Virus record (IMG/VR): IMGVR_UViG_3300042449_000993
Span: 96,001 to 160,000 of that record
Strand: one strand, 5' to 3'
From: a virus
Length of the DNA stretch: 64,000 bases
Part shown: piece after piece, positions 1 to 10,121 of the stretch
Position numbering within the stretch: the first letter of the stretch is position 1
How the letters are laid out: each line of letters opens with the position of its first letter
The notes under the pieces: generated by a model
Told to the model about the DNA's origin: nothing
Databases searched by the model: none
The model's input: the letters and a program-made list of their open reading frames with translations, nothing else
Program-made: the position numbers and the translations under genes

Positions 1-573
1 TCAAATACCTTCAACTTGAATTCAAACGACACCACTGCAGGTGGTACATCAGGTCGTTGGCAAGTTGAGAAGTACAAGTCACTCTTGTTCGCAATCGAAA
101 GAGCAGCCAACAAGATCGCTAAAGACACCCGTCGTGGTAAGGGTAACTTGCTCATCGTTTCAACCGATGTTGCATCAGCTCTTGCAATGACAGGTCTTCT
201 AGACTACAACTCAGCATTGTCAAACAACACAAATCTAACAGTTGACGATACAGGCAACACATTCGCTGGTACACTATTCGGTCGTATCAAGGTCTATGTT
301 GATCCATATTCTGTCGCCAATTCAGACTATGTTGTTGTCGGTTATAAGGGTACAAACGCTTATGACGCTGGCTTGTTCTACTGCCCATACGTTCCTCTAC
401 AAATGGTACGTGCTATCGATCCAACGACTTACCAACCAAAGGTTGGCTTCAAGACTCGTTACGGTCTCGTTGCAAATCCATTCGCAACAGGTGGCGTAGC
501 TGGTACAGGAGCTCTTGTAAACGGTAACAACGTTTACTATCGTAAGTTCCAAGTGTTGAACATCAACCAGTAA
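1..573 (+). CDS. gp23: Major capsid protein, C-terminal part (5' truncated by window)
   Basis: T4 gp23 motifs RRGKGN, YDAGLFYCPYVPL, QPKVGFKTRYG, YYRKF; open frame from base 1. Confidence 0.97.
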   Translation, partial: SNTFNLNSNDTTAGGTSGRWQVEKYKSLLFAIERAANKIAKDTRRGKGNLLIVSTDVASALAMTGLLDYNSALSNNTNLTVDDTGNTFAGTLFGRIKVYVDPYSVANSDYVVVGYKGTNAYDAGLFYCPYVPLQMVRAIDPTTYQPKVGFKTRYGLVANPFATGGVAGTGALVNGNNVYYRKFQVLNINQ

Positions 574-617
574 TAGTTATTACCGACTTTATAAAAATAA
601 TAAGGTAATGTGACTCG

Positions 618-650
618 GGGGGAGCAGAAATGCTCCCCCTTTTTTATTTT
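618..650 (+). terminator. Rho-independent terminator after gene 23
   Basis: GGGGGAGCA-GAAA-TGCTCCCCC hairpin followed by T-tract. Confidence 0.9.
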
Positions 651-651
651 C

Positions 652-659
652 TATAAATA
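652..659 (+). promoter_or_regulatory. T4-type late promoter (gp55-dependent)
   Basis: Exact TATAAATA upstream of gp3. Confidence 0.8.
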
Positions 660-686
660 GATTAGTTGACTTACGGAATTTTTTCA

Positions 687-1232
687 ATGACTGCATTAAC
701 TAGATCTCCAACTAATACAGACTTACTCCAAAGTACCAAATTTAGAGTAACATTTGATCGTTTGCCTGGATCCACATATTATTGTCAAGCAGCAAATGTT
801 CCTGGAGTTTCATTAACAGAAATTGTTAGACCAACACCATTTATTGACTTATATCATCCTGGCGAAAAGATGATATATGATACATTTACAATTACATTTT
901 TAGTTGATGAAGATATGCGCGCATTTACTGAAATTCATGATTGGATTCGTGCTATGACATTTCCGACTGATTTCAAAGAATATAGAGATTTGGAAAGGCT
1001 TGCAAGAGCTCCATATCTTTTTGGAACTGCACCAAAAGGCAAGCCACAATATTCTGAAGCAATTATGACACTACACTCGAATAAGAACAATCCCAAATTC
1101 AGAGTCAAATTTTATGATTTGTTTCCAACGACATTATCATCATTAATGTTCAACTCGCAAGATACAGCAGAGAACATTGTCGTTGCAGATGCAACTTTTC
1201 GATTTGCTTATTATGAATACGAAAGAATTTAA
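687..1232 (+). CDS. gp3: Tail completion / tail tube terminator protein (gp3-like)
   Basis: CQAANVPGVSL, FLVDEDM..EIHDW, FPTTLSSL motifs; usual position after gp23. Confidence 0.85.
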   Translation: MTALTRSPTNTDLLQSTKFRVTFDRLPGSTYYCQAANVPGVSLTEIVRPTPFIDLYHPGEKMIYDTFTITFLVDEDMRAFTEIHDWIRAMTFPTDFKEYRDLERLARAPYLFGTAPKGKPQYSEAIMTLHSNKNNPKFRVKFYDLFPTTLSSLMFNSQDTAENIVVADATFRFAYYEYERI

Positions 1233-1281
1233 TAGATACTAGATATAATCTATTGGTACTTCGTTCAAACCACACATAGTG

Positions 1282-1310
1282 ATTATACTGTTTAATTATA
1301 CAAGAGTAAA
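1282..1310 (-). promoter_or_regulatory. Antisense sigma70-type promoter pointing into gp3/gp23
   Basis: Minus strand TTTACT-N17-TATAAT. Confidence 0.55.
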
Positions 1311-1334
1311 TTCTTGCTAGAGCTTCGGCAGGAG

Positions 1335-1363
1335 TTTACTTACAAATGATAATAGTGTATAAT
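1335..1363 (+). promoter_or_regulatory. sigma70-type promoter for uvsY operon
   Basis: TTTACT-N17-TATAAT. Confidence 0.7.
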
Positions 1364-1391
1364 AGAACTATCTTATCACACTTGTATTAAT

Positions 1392-1841
1392 ATGAAAATT
1401 GAAACTCCACCACTTGAAGAATTGATGGTTCAATGGGAAAGGGATTCTGAAGTAGATACCACAGAACCTGGCAAAGAAATCTTGCGTATTCCTATTCTTC
1501 ACAACAAGTATAACAAATATTTGTCTTTGCATAATCTTGCTGCAAAAAGAGCAGCGATGGAATATGACAAACTCAAGAAATTGAAGTGGATGTACTATAA
1601 CGGCAAACTTGATCAAGATGAATTGGATAAACTTGGTTGGGAGCCATTTAGATTCACCCTCAAGTCAGACATTCAAGTGTATCTTGATGGTGATGATGAT
1701 TTGACAAAACTTAAACGAAAAAAAGCCTATCATGAAGAGTCAGCAAATTTTTGTACCAACGTTATGAAAGAATTGAATAATCGTACTTGGCAATTGAAAG
1801 AATACATGGGCTGGGAAAAGTTCATTCAAGGTGCACGTTAA
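1392..1841 (+). CDS. uvsY: Recombination mediator UvsY
   Basis: IPILHNKY, YYNGK, LKSDIQVYLDGDDDL, RTWQLK motifs; synteny with uvsW. Confidence 0.9.
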   Translation: MKIETPPLEELMVQWERDSEVDTTEPGKEILRIPILHNKYNKYLSLHNLAAKRAAMEYDKLKKLKWMYYNGKLDQDELDKLGWEPFRFTLKSDIQVYLDGDDDLTKLKRKKAYHEESANFCTNVMKELNNRTWQLKEYMGWEKFIQGAR

Positions 1842-2413
1842 TGTTTGAAAATAAAATACTTATTGTTGATAATTTTTACGAAGATCCAGATTCTGTTAGA
1901 AGTTTTGCTCTTAAACAAAATTTCACTTCAAACTATAATGACAATGGTGCCAAGATTCCTGGAGTTCGTACTGATGAAATACAAACATTGAGTTTAAAGT
2001 ATTTCAATTTATTGAAAAGCACTCTATTCAACAATTTGTTCGGCTACCCTAAACACTTTGTTTCTATAGATGAGATGATGCTTTCTAGGTATCAAGTATG
2101 TTTAGAAAGCGATGGTGATAGTTGGCCACATTATGATAAAAAGACAGTTGCAGGTTTAGTGTACCTAACCCCAAATCCTCCACCAAATAGTGGCACAATT
2201 TTCTATGATGTAGATCCAAATGATCCATCAAATAAAGAAAACATTACTGTAAAACAGGTTGTACAAAATGTTTACAATCGTGCAATAATTTATTCTGGTA
2301 CTGTTCTTCACAAATCAGAAAATTATTTTGGTGATACATTAGAAAATGGTAGACTAATCAATCCATTTTTTATTGATATTATGAACATTGATATTCAACG
2401 AGATAATTCATGA
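1841..2413 (+). CDS. 2OG-Fe(II) oxygenase-like protein
   Basis: IVDNFYEDPD, PGVRT, HYD...GLVYL, SGT.FY, N.YNR, H, R motifs. Confidence 0.7.
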   Translation: MFENKILIVDNFYEDPDSVRSFALKQNFTSNYNDNGAKIPGVRTDEIQTLSLKYFNLLKSTLFNNLFGYPKHFVSIDEMMLSRYQVCLESDGDSWPHYDKKTVAGLVYLTPNPPPNSGTIFYDVDPNDPSNKENITVKQVVQNVYNRAIIYSGTVLHKSENYFGDTLENGRLINPFFIDIMNIDIQRDNS

Positions 2414-3240
2414 AAGTTATTGATACTTTTATGTTCTGTAATGAACTTGATATGCTTGAAGGTAGACTTGAATACCTTTACGATCATGTTGATCATTTTG
2501 TTTTGGTTGAAGCGCCAATCACGCAAAGTGGGCATGAAAAGCCGATGCACTTCATGAATAACATCTCCAGATATAAAAAGTACATAGACAAAATCATCTA
2601 CTTTCCCTTTGTGTGCAAAAGAAGTGATTTTGATTTCGATAAAATTCCAAACCACGAGAGAGACTATAACACAGGACCATGGCAAGTTGAGAATGGTCAA
2701 CGCGATCACATAACAGAATGTCTTGGATTATTCTCAGATGACTCACTTATCTTTATAAGTGACTGCGATGAAATCTATCATAAAGATTGCATTGGAATTG
2801 CAAAAGATTGTTTCGCAAGTGGTTATGAAGCGTTATCCATTCAAATGGATCATTATCAGTTTAATTTTGAAAACAAATCTAAGAATAATCAAATACTCTT
2901 TAGTACCGTCTCAACAAATGCATACACTAAAAGAGAAAGAGCCAAAAACGTCCACAATAACAGATATTCTCATGCAGTAATTCATAATGGTGGATGGCAT
3001 TTAAGTTGGTGGTTGGATCCAAAAGCAATTCAGTATAAGATTGAAACATTTGCTCATCAGGAAAAGAATCAAGAACAATTTAAGAGCATGGAGTATATAA
3101 ACAAGAAACTTCAAGAAGGTGGCGATATCTTTAATCGCGACCCTAATGTTCATGCATTTGAGAAAGGTGATGTTGCTAACATCCCAGAAAATGTCTATAG
3201 AATTTTCAATGGTATTCAGCAGAAAATTGATGATCTATGA
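2410..3240 (+). CDS. Glycosyltransferase family 17-like (GlcNAc transferase)
   Basis: DTFMFCNELDMLEGRL, FVLVEA, SDCDEI, GGWHLSW, KIETFAHQE. Confidence 0.85.
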   Translation: MKVIDTFMFCNELDMLEGRLEYLYDHVDHFVLVEAPITQSGHEKPMHFMNNISRYKKYIDKIIYFPFVCKRSDFDFDKIPNHERDYNTGPWQVENGQRDHITECLGLFSDDSLIFISDCDEIYHKDCIGIAKDCFASGYEALSIQMDHYQFNFENKSKNNQILFSTVSTNAYTKRERAKNVHNNRYSHAVIHNGGWHLSWWLDPKAIQYKIETFAHQEKNQEQFKSMEYINKKLQEGGDIFNRDPNVHAFEKGDVANIPENVYRIFNGIQQKIDDL

Positions 3241-4703
3241 TTGAGCACGTTGTAATTGAAAAAGTAAATAACATCTATGTCCAAGTGACTGCTGAACCTG
3301 CCATCTTGCAAGAGATGTCAGAGTTCTTTACATTTTCAACTCCAGGCTATCAATTTTCTCCAGCATTTCGCAATAAATACTGGGACGGAAAGATTCGACT
3401 CTTGAATCTGAATACAAGACAAATTTATCTTGGTTTAGTTCCGTATATCAAAAAGTTTTGCAAGGATAGCAACTACACCTGTGAGTACATCGATGAAGAA
3501 AAGGAAATCTATCCTGTTGACACCAAAAATCTGGCTTCGGCTCTTTCTTTGTCAATTGAACCCAGAGATTATCAACTCCTTGCGTCAAGCGTCGGACTTA
3601 CGAAGAAGAGAACTGTACTCATTTCACCAACAGCGTCAGGAAAATCACTAATCATCTATATGATGATCCGCCACCTGTTGAACACAGGTAAGAAGCGTGG
3701 ATTGTTGATTGTTCCTACGATTAATCTCGTCACTCAGATGCATTCTGACTTTAAGAACTATTCATCTATAAATGGATGGGATGTAGACAAGTATTGTCAG
3801 AAGATTTATGGTGGTGAAAGCAAGATACCTGATAGTGATCTTGTAATATCAACTTGGCAATCTATCTATGAGATGCCAAAGAAATACTTTGCGCAGTTTG
3901 ATTTCATCATTGGCGACGAAGCACATACATTTAAAGCCAAGTCATTAACTTCTATCATGACTAAACTCATCAACTGTGATGTGCGTATTGGCACGACAGG
4001 TACACTTGATGATAGCAAGGTCAATAAACTAGTTCTTGAAGGATTATTCGGTCCTACGTTCAAAGTTATTTCCACAAAAGAACTCATTGAGCGTAAACAA
4101 CTCGCCAACTTCAGCATCAAGTGCATTGTATTGAAGTATCCAGAAATAGTTTGTAAAACAGTTAAAGGTTTTACTTATCAGGACGAGATGGGGTTTCTCG
4201 TTCAACACGAAGGGCGCAATCGCTTCATCACTGATCTTGCGTTGAATCTCAAAGGCAATAGTCTTGTTTTATTTACTTATGTTGAAAAACACGGTAAACT
4301 ATTATTCGAATGGATAACTGAAAAAGCAAATGGTCGAAAAGTATTTTTTATTCATGGTGGGGTTGAAGCAGAAGATCGCGAAGCAGTAAGACATATCACT
4401 GAACAAGAAAACGATGCGATCATTGTGGCAAGTTACGGAACATTCTCTACTGGAGTAAACATTCGTAACCTACATAATATTATATTCTCCTCTCCAACAA
4501 AGAGTAAAATTCGAGCATTGCAGTCCATTGGGCGTGTGCTGCGTCTAGGTGAAAATAAAGAAGCAGCAACACTGTACGATATCGCTGATGATCTACGTTA
4601 TGGTCCTTATACAAACTTCACATTGAAGCACTATGAGGAACGGGTGAAGATCTACAGTGAAGAAAAATTTCCTTTCACAACGAATAACGTAAGGATAAAT
4701 TAA
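3237..4703 (+). CDS. uvsW: UvsW DNA helicase
   Basis: WDGKIRL, PTASGKS, DEAH, QSIGRVLR SF2 motifs. Confidence 0.96.
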   Translation: MIEHVVIEKVNNIYVQVTAEPAILQEMSEFFTFSTPGYQFSPAFRNKYWDGKIRLLNLNTRQIYLGLVPYIKKFCKDSNYTCEYIDEEKEIYPVDTKNLASALSLSIEPRDYQLLASSVGLTKKRTVLISPTASGKSLIIYMMIRHLLNTGKKRGLLIVPTINLVTQMHSDFKNYSSINGWDVDKYCQKIYGGESKIPDSDLVISTWQSIYEMPKKYFAQFDFIIGDEAHTFKAKSLTSIMTKLINCDVRIGTTGTLDDSKVNKLVLEGLFGPTFKVISTKELIERKQLANFSIKCIVLKYPEIVCKTVKGFTYQDEMGFLVQHEGRNRFITDLALNLKGNSLVLFTYVEKHGKLLFEWITEKANGRKVFFIHGGVEAEDREAVRHITEQENDAIIVASYGTFSTGVNIRNLHNIIFSSPTKSKIRALQSIGRVLRLGENKEAATLYDIADDLRYGPYTNFTLKHYEERVKIYSEEKFPFTTNNVRIN

Positions 4704-5149
4704 TGTCTGAAGATAAACCAGAATATAAACCAAGAGGTGAACTGCGATTCATTCGCTTGCGTTCTATCCCAGATGACATCATTGGATATGTAACTTATAA
4801 AGAAGGATACATCACAGTAGAGTTGCCTCTGAGAATTGAAATTGAAACTATATTTGATGAAGGTCGGCAAATCTTAGCGATGCAAGAGTACCTCCCTCAA
4901 TCAGTAATCGAGATCAAAGAAGTAGATTTTGATGATTATGAGGTATTATTTGCTTCACCAGTTCGCGCTGAATTTGTTGAACAATATGAATACGTTGCTG
5001 ATTTTTTCTATAATAACACAGCGCAAATTAAAACACCAGTTAAGAAAAAGACAACTGCTGACATTACTGCTAATACATCTGAAACAATGACAAAGGTTGT
5101 GTCAATTCTCGAAGCAATGCAAGCAAAAAAAGATAAACCAGTCCATTAA
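4703..5149 (+). CDS. Hypothetical protein (usual uvsW-gp55 position)
   Basis: 148 aa ORF, start overlaps uvsW stop. Confidence 0.7.
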   Translation: MSEDKPEYKPRGELRFIRLRSIPDDIIGYVTYKEGYITVELPLRIEIETIFDEGRQILAMQEYLPQSVIEIKEVDFDDYEVLFASPVRAEFVEQYEYVADFFYNNTAQIKTPVKKKTTADITANTSETMTKVVSILEAMQAKKDKPVH

Positions 5150-5151
5150 TT

Positions 5152-5763
5152 ATGAAACGTTTAAACATTGAAATTAAAAAAGAACCATTCACTCATGTCA
5201 TTTTACATGATGTATATGAAAAACATGAATATGAAGGTGTTTGGTCTGAATTATTATTCTTACAAAAAAGAATGGTTCCTGGCTATATGACTGGAGCAGC
5301 AGGTGATAGTCTTGGGATCACTAAAAAACGAAACGCTGGGATATTTTTAAACGATGTTTATAGAAATCCAGAGTTCTCAAGCATCATGGTTTGCGCTCGG
5401 AATACAATCGCAGACCCCCATCTAAAGCATATTATTGATGGAATTGATGATACATACTTTGATCTTTACGATTCAATAAATTCAGATTCTACTATAGTTC
5501 AGTCATATGCTAATGGAGATTTTTATAAACCACACCGCGATGAATGTATCTTTACATCTATTTGTTGTTTATACAAAAAACCAAAAGCCTTTTCTGGTGG
5601 ATTATTACATTTTCCCAAATATGACTTTTTTATTGATTTAGAAGATAATCAATGCGTTATTTTCCCATCAAGAATTGAACATGGTGTCACAGAAATTAAA
5701 ACAAATGAATCAAATCCTGAATACAACAGATTCTCAATTAGTAACTTTATGAAGATTGTTTAA
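5152..5763 (+). CDS. 2OG-Fe(II) oxygenase (prolyl-4-hydroxylase-like)
   Basis: Y..GDFYKPHRD, FSGG.L.F, IFPS..EH.V, RFSI. Confidence 0.85.
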   Translation: MKRLNIEIKKEPFTHVILHDVYEKHEYEGVWSELLFLQKRMVPGYMTGAAGDSLGITKKRNAGIFLNDVYRNPEFSSIMVCARNTIADPHLKHIIDGIDDTYFDLYDSINSDSTIVQSYANGDFYKPHRDECIFTSICCLYKKPKAFSGGLLHFPKYDFFIDLEDNQCVIFPSRIEHGVTEIKTNESNPEYNRFSISNFMKIV

Positions 5764-5765
5764 TT

Positions 5766-6305
5766 ATGGCAAAAAATCACTATATCAATAATAAAGATTT
5801 CCTGAAAGAAATGACTGCGTATAGAACAGCAATACGCAAAGCAAAACGAGCAGGACAACCAAAGCCACAGATTCCTCGATACGTCGCTGAATGCTTTATG
5901 AAGATTGCTGAGAATCTTTCACACAAACCCAATTTCTTGTCTTATACTTTTCGAGATGAAATGGTTGCTGACGCGATTGAAAACTGCGTAATGTACGTTG
6001 ACAATTTTGACCCAGCAAAATCAAGCAATCCATTTGCCTATTTCACTCAAATAGTATATTATGCATTCTTACGTCGCATTCAGAAAGAAAAGAAACAATT
6101 GTATGTTAAGTACAAGGCTACTGAGACTGCTGGCATTCTTGATGAGTTTGAACTTAATGAAAATGAAGATGGAACCTTTAGACAATTTGAGTTATACGAA
6201 AACATTTCAGAGTTTATTGTAAATTACGAAAATGCTCGTAAAGAAAAGAAAATCAAGAAGGCAGGTTTGGAGAAGTTTGTAGATGAAGATAGCAATATTG
6301 GGTGA
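5766..6305 (+). CDS. gp55: Late-transcription sigma factor
   Basis: HYINNKDF, KIAENLSHKPNF, NPFAYFTQI..AFLRRIQKEKKQ. Confidence 0.96.
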   Translation: MAKNHYINNKDFLKEMTAYRTAIRKAKRAGQPKPQIPRYVAECFMKIAENLSHKPNFLSYTFRDEMVADAIENCVMYVDNFDPAKSSNPFAYFTQIVYYAFLRRIQKEKKQLYVKYKATETAGILDEFELNENEDGTFRQFELYENISEFIVNYENARKEKKIKKAGLEKFVDEDSNIG

Positions 6306-7335
6306 CACACATTTTGGTATGAGAGGCGATAGCATTGCCTTTCATAATCATTATCGTGAGTTTTATACGAAACATTTTTTCCCTTATTTGGTGGACCATG
6401 GAGTTAGGACCATCTTTCAACTTGGTGATCTATTTGATCGTCGGAAGTATATTTCTTTTCAGTCTCTTGCTCTTTGCCGCAAGTATTTTTTTGATAAACT
6501 GGTTGAACATAATATAGAGATGCATACGTTGCTTGGCAACCATGACATCACATTCAAGAATACACTCGAAGTCAATTCGCCAGAGTTACTGCTCAAAGAC
6601 TATCCAAACGTTATTGTTTACAATGAACCAACGGAATGGCAAGGTATTGATATCATTCCTTGGATCTGTAAGGATAATGAACTGGAAATTCTTGATTTTA
6701 TCAAGAGAAGCACCAACCACGTTTGTTTTGGTCACTTTGAACTGCAAGGGTTTGAGATGGATCGTGGCAGCATTTGTCACGAAGGTATGGATCCTGCTCA
6801 ACTTCAGAAGTATGATCTTGTTCTCTCAGGTCACTTCCATCACAAGAGCAACAGCGGCAGCATTGTATATGTTGGCACTCCTGGAGAGATGACTTGGGCT
6901 GATTATAATGATGAGCGTGGGTTTCACATCTATGATACTGAGACTCGTCAATTAGAATTCATCAAAAATCCATTGAACATGTTCTACAAGATTCAATACA
7001 ATGATGATGAATTGTATTACAATGATCTTGTCAATGCAGATTATTCTCATTTGACAAGCAAGTATGTGAAGATTGTTGTTGAGAAGCGCAACAATTCATT
7101 CTTGTTCGATACACTATTGGATTCTCTTGCCAAAGTCAATCCTCTTGAAGTTTCTGTGGTTGAAGACTTTTCAGAGATCACTGAAAATGTCGAAGTTGAT
7201 ATTGACCAAGCAGAAGATACAATGTCAATTCTAAGTAAATACGTTGATGGTTTGACTTTACCTGTAGAATCAGATAAAATAAAGACCGTATTGCGTGAAG
7301 TGTACAATGAAGCATTGTCTATGGAGACAACGTGA
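6283..7335 (+). CDS. gp47: Recombination endonuclease subunit (Mre11/SbcD-like)
   Basis: GDTHFG, GDLFD, GNHD, SGHFH metallophosphoesterase motifs. Confidence 0.95.
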   Translation: MKIAILGDTHFGMRGDSIAFHNHYREFYTKHFFPYLVDHGVRTIFQLGDLFDRRKYISFQSLALCRKYFFDKLVEHNIEMHTLLGNHDITFKNTLEVNSPELLLKDYPNVIVYNEPTEWQGIDIIPWICKDNELEILDFIKRSTNHVCFGHFELQGFEMDRGSICHEGMDPAQLQKYDLVLSGHFHHKSNSGSIVYVGTPGEMTWADYNDERGFHIYDTETRQLEFIKNPLNMFYKIQYNDDELYYNDLVNADYSHLTSKYVKIVVEKRNNSFLFDTLLDSLAKVNPLEVSVVEDFSEITENVEVDIDQAEDTMSILSKYVDGLTLPVESDKIKTVLREVYNEALSMETT

Positions 7336-9041
7336 TTCTATTCAAAAAAGTTCGATACAAGAATTTCCTTTCTACTGGAAATGTCTTTACAGAAATCTCA
7401 CTGAACGAAAACTCCACGACGTTGATCGTGGGTGAGAATGGTGCAGGTAAGTCAACATTCCTGGATGCCATTACATTCTCATTGTTCGGCAAACCATTCC
7501 GCAATATTAATAAACCTCAACTTGTAAACTCAGTCAATGAAAAAGATTGCCTCGTTGAAGTTGAGTTTGATATTGGCAAGAAGTCATATAAAGTTATTCG
7601 TGGTATTCGACCAAACGTTTTTGAGATCTACTGCGATGATGAACTTCTGAATCAAGACGCAAGATCTAAAGACTATCAGGATCATCTTGAAAAGATTATT
7701 TTGAAGATGAACTATAAGTCGTTTACACAAATAGTTATCCTCGGCTCAACCAACTTTACTCCATTCATGCAGTTGTCAGCGGCGGACCGTCGAGTTGTCA
7801 TTGAAGATCTGCTTGACATCCAGATCTTTTCTTCCATGAATGTGATCGTCAAAAGCAAACTACACACTCTCAAAGATGAAGCAGCACAACTAAAGATTCA
7901 AATTGATAACACCAAAGATAAAATTGAACTACACAAGAAACATCTTGACGAACTCAAGAAGAATACAAAAGAAATCGTAGACGCAAAGAAACAAGAAGTG
8001 ACTGAAAACACGGCATCACTCTCAGCACTTGAAATAGAAGCAACTGAAAAAGAAACTCAAATTGAAAGTCTATTAACCGAAGTATCAGATGATGACAGTA
8101 CAGCAAAGAAATTCACAAAGTTAAATCAACTTGAAGCCAAGATTGAAGGGAATATCCAGAAACTCGAGAAAGACATCGAGTTCTATTCTGTAAATTCGAC
8201 TTGTCCAACCTGCGATCAGGCTATCAATAACAAAGACGAAAAAGTACACACTTGTAACAGTAAAATCACAGAACTAACCGAAGGTCTAACCAAACTAAAG
8301 GAAGAGAGTGATGCCGTTCTACGTCGAATCAATACAATTAAAGCAACACAGCAAAATCTTAAAGTTCTTGAACAAGACCTTGTGCGGATTAATACTTCTC
8401 GCAAGCAGGTTCGAAACTATATTACGAAACTTGAAAAAGAAATCCAAGACATAGAAAGTAAACCAGCCATGAGCGATGAGTTCAAGGCACAATCAAAAGA
8501 ATTGCTCAACGCATTACAAGCATTCAACGAAAAAAGAAAAACGGTATCTGAACAAACACAACATTATGATATTGTCGCGCAGTTGCTTAAAGATGGCGGG
8601 ATTAAGTCGAAAATCATTAAGCAGTACGTTCCAGTTATCAACAAACTGGTTAATAAGTATTTGGCTGCGATGGACTTCTTTGTCAACTTCAACATTGACG
8701 AGGAGTTCAAGGAGACCATCAAGTCTCGTCACCGAGATGATTTCAGTTATGAAAACTTCTCAGAGGGCGAAAAGAAACGTATTGACCTAGCACTGTTGTT
8801 TACCTGGAGGTCGGTCGCCAAATTAAAGAACAGTGTCAATACTAATCTGCTCATCTTCGACGAGGTCTTTGATGGTTCTCTTGACATCAATGGTACTGAA
8901 GAATTTATGAAGTTGATAAATATGATGAATGACAATACAAACATCTTTGTGATCACGCACAAGACTGATCAGATGGTTGATAAGTTTAAACACACAATAC
9001 GATTCGCGAAAGTTAAAAATTTCTCGCAGGTGATATCATAA
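7332..9041 (+). CDS. gp46: Recombination ATPase subunit (Rad50/SbcC-like)
   Basis: GENGAGKST, CPTC zinc hook, FSEGEK, DEVFD; GTG start. Confidence 0.96.
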   Translation: MILFKKVRYKNFLSTGNVFTEISLNENSTTLIVGENGAGKSTFLDAITFSLFGKPFRNINKPQLVNSVNEKDCLVEVEFDIGKKSYKVIRGIRPNVFEIYCDDELLNQDARSKDYQDHLEKIILKMNYKSFTQIVILGSTNFTPFMQLSAADRRVVIEDLLDIQIFSSMNVIVKSKLHTLKDEAAQLKIQIDNTKDKIELHKKHLDELKKNTKEIVDAKKQEVTENTASLSALEIEATEKETQIESLLTEVSDDDSTAKKFTKLNQLEAKIEGNIQKLEKDIEFYSVNSTCPTCDQAINNKDEKVHTCNSKITELTEGLTKLKEESDAVLRRINTIKATQQNLKVLEQDLVRINTSRKQVRNYITKLEKEIQDIESKPAMSDEFKAQSKELLNALQAFNEKRKTVSEQTQHYDIVAQLLKDGGIKSKIIKQYVPVINKLVNKYLAAMDFFVNFNIDEEFKETIKSRHRDDFSYENFSEGEKKRIDLALLFTWRSVAKLKNSVNTNLLIFDEVFDGSLDINGTEEFMKLINMMNDNTNIFVITHKTDQMVDKFKHTIRFAKVKNFSQVIS

Positions 9042-9781
9042 TGAAAAAAATTAAATATTATAAAGGCGATATGATTGATTACGAAATCTATGATCTTGTA
9101 GATTTTTATGATCCAATATTACGCCAACCAACAGTTCCTGTTAAATTAGAAACATTAGATGATTTTGAACACGCAAAGTATCTTGCGTTTTCTTTGGCAG
9201 AAACGTTGGGTGAATTGCAAGGTCTCGGTCTTTCTGCAAATCAAGTTGGATTGCGTGAAAGAGTTTGTGCGATTAATATGGGTAGCGAAATTTGGGTGAT
9301 GTTTAATCCAGAAATTGTTGACCGATCAATGACCCCATCAACTTTTGAAGAAGGATGTCTATCATATCAAGGTTTATATTTAAAAGTAGATAGATCAGAA
9401 TGGGTGAAAGTTAAATTCCAAGCAGTTGGTGGTCAAATTATTGAAGAGACATTCAGTGGATTGACTGCTGTATGCGTTCAGCATGAGATTGATCATCTAG
9501 ATGGGATCATGTTTACTGATAAAGTCAGCCCAATTAAACTTGATATTGCAAAACGAAAAGTTAAGAAGAATGTGAAAAGAATAAGAGCAACAGCATCTAA
9601 AATCAAAGTTGTGCAAGAACAAGAAAGAAAACAAGAAGGTCAATTGGTGATTTCACAAAAACAAAAGATGAAGCCAATTGCAGCGCAAGAATCACCAAAA
9701 ATACAAATATTAGAACAACCAAATAGAACAACCCAACAAAAAGAGCCTGAGAAATTTGTATATAAAGTGGTCTCCTCGTAA
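9041..9781 (+). CDS. def: Peptide deformylase
   Basis: GLGLSANQVG, EGCLS, QHEIDH motifs; long charged C-terminal tail. Confidence 0.92.
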   Translation: MKKIKYYKGDMIDYEIYDLVDFYDPILRQPTVPVKLETLDDFEHAKYLAFSLAETLGELQGLGLSANQVGLRERVCAINMGSEIWVMFNPEIVDRSMTPSTFEEGCLSYQGLYLKVDRSEWVKVKFQAVGGQIIEETFSGLTAVCVQHEIDHLDGIMFTDKVSPIKLDIAKRKVKKNVKRIRATASKIKVVQEQERKQEGQLVISQKQKMKPIAAQESPKIQILEQPNRTTQQKEPEKFVYKVVSS

Positions 9782-9845
9782 GTTATTGATTTTATTATAG
9801 TTTTACCTGTTGATTTTTCATAGAGTTTCATGTAGAATACTCTGT
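9777..9845 (+). repeat. Early promoter cassette copy 1
   Basis: CGTAAGTTATTGATTTTA...TTGATT-N17-TAGAAT-N7-ATG. Confidence 0.8.
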
Positions 9846-10058
9846 ATGAAAACCTATTATGAAGTTTGGGAAAAGGTCAGCCACCCCATTTTTATTAATA
9901 AAATGGTGGCTTCAGTAAAAACTGAAAATGAGGCTATGAAAATCTACGGTGAAAACCCTAGTGGACGGTCAGTTGAGTATATTTCCGTTCGTGATGATTC
10001 TGATGAAGTTGAATTTCGCCGTGTAATTGGTGATATTCGTACAGTCTACCCTTCGTAA
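9846..10058 (+). CDS. Hypothetical early protein (leaderless)
   Basis: 70 aa ORF bounded by cassette copies 1 and 2. Confidence 0.7.
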   Translation: MKTYYEVWEKVSHPIFINKMVASVKTENEAMKIYGENPSGRSVEYISVRDDSDEVEFRRVIGDIRTVYPS

Positions 10059-10121
10059 GTTATTGATTCGTAAGGGTTTTTTCCTGTTGCCTTTTTACAG
10101 GGTTTCATACAGAATTCCACT
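10054..10121 (+). repeat. Early promoter cassette copy 2
   Basis: CGTAAGTTATTGATT...TTGCCT-N17-CAGAAT-N6-ATG. Confidence 0.8.

Noticed and set aside
10084-10100. LexA (SOS) box CTGT...ACAG in cassette copy 2
   Set aside because: Spacer is 9 nt rather than 8 and the motif is absent from the other copies
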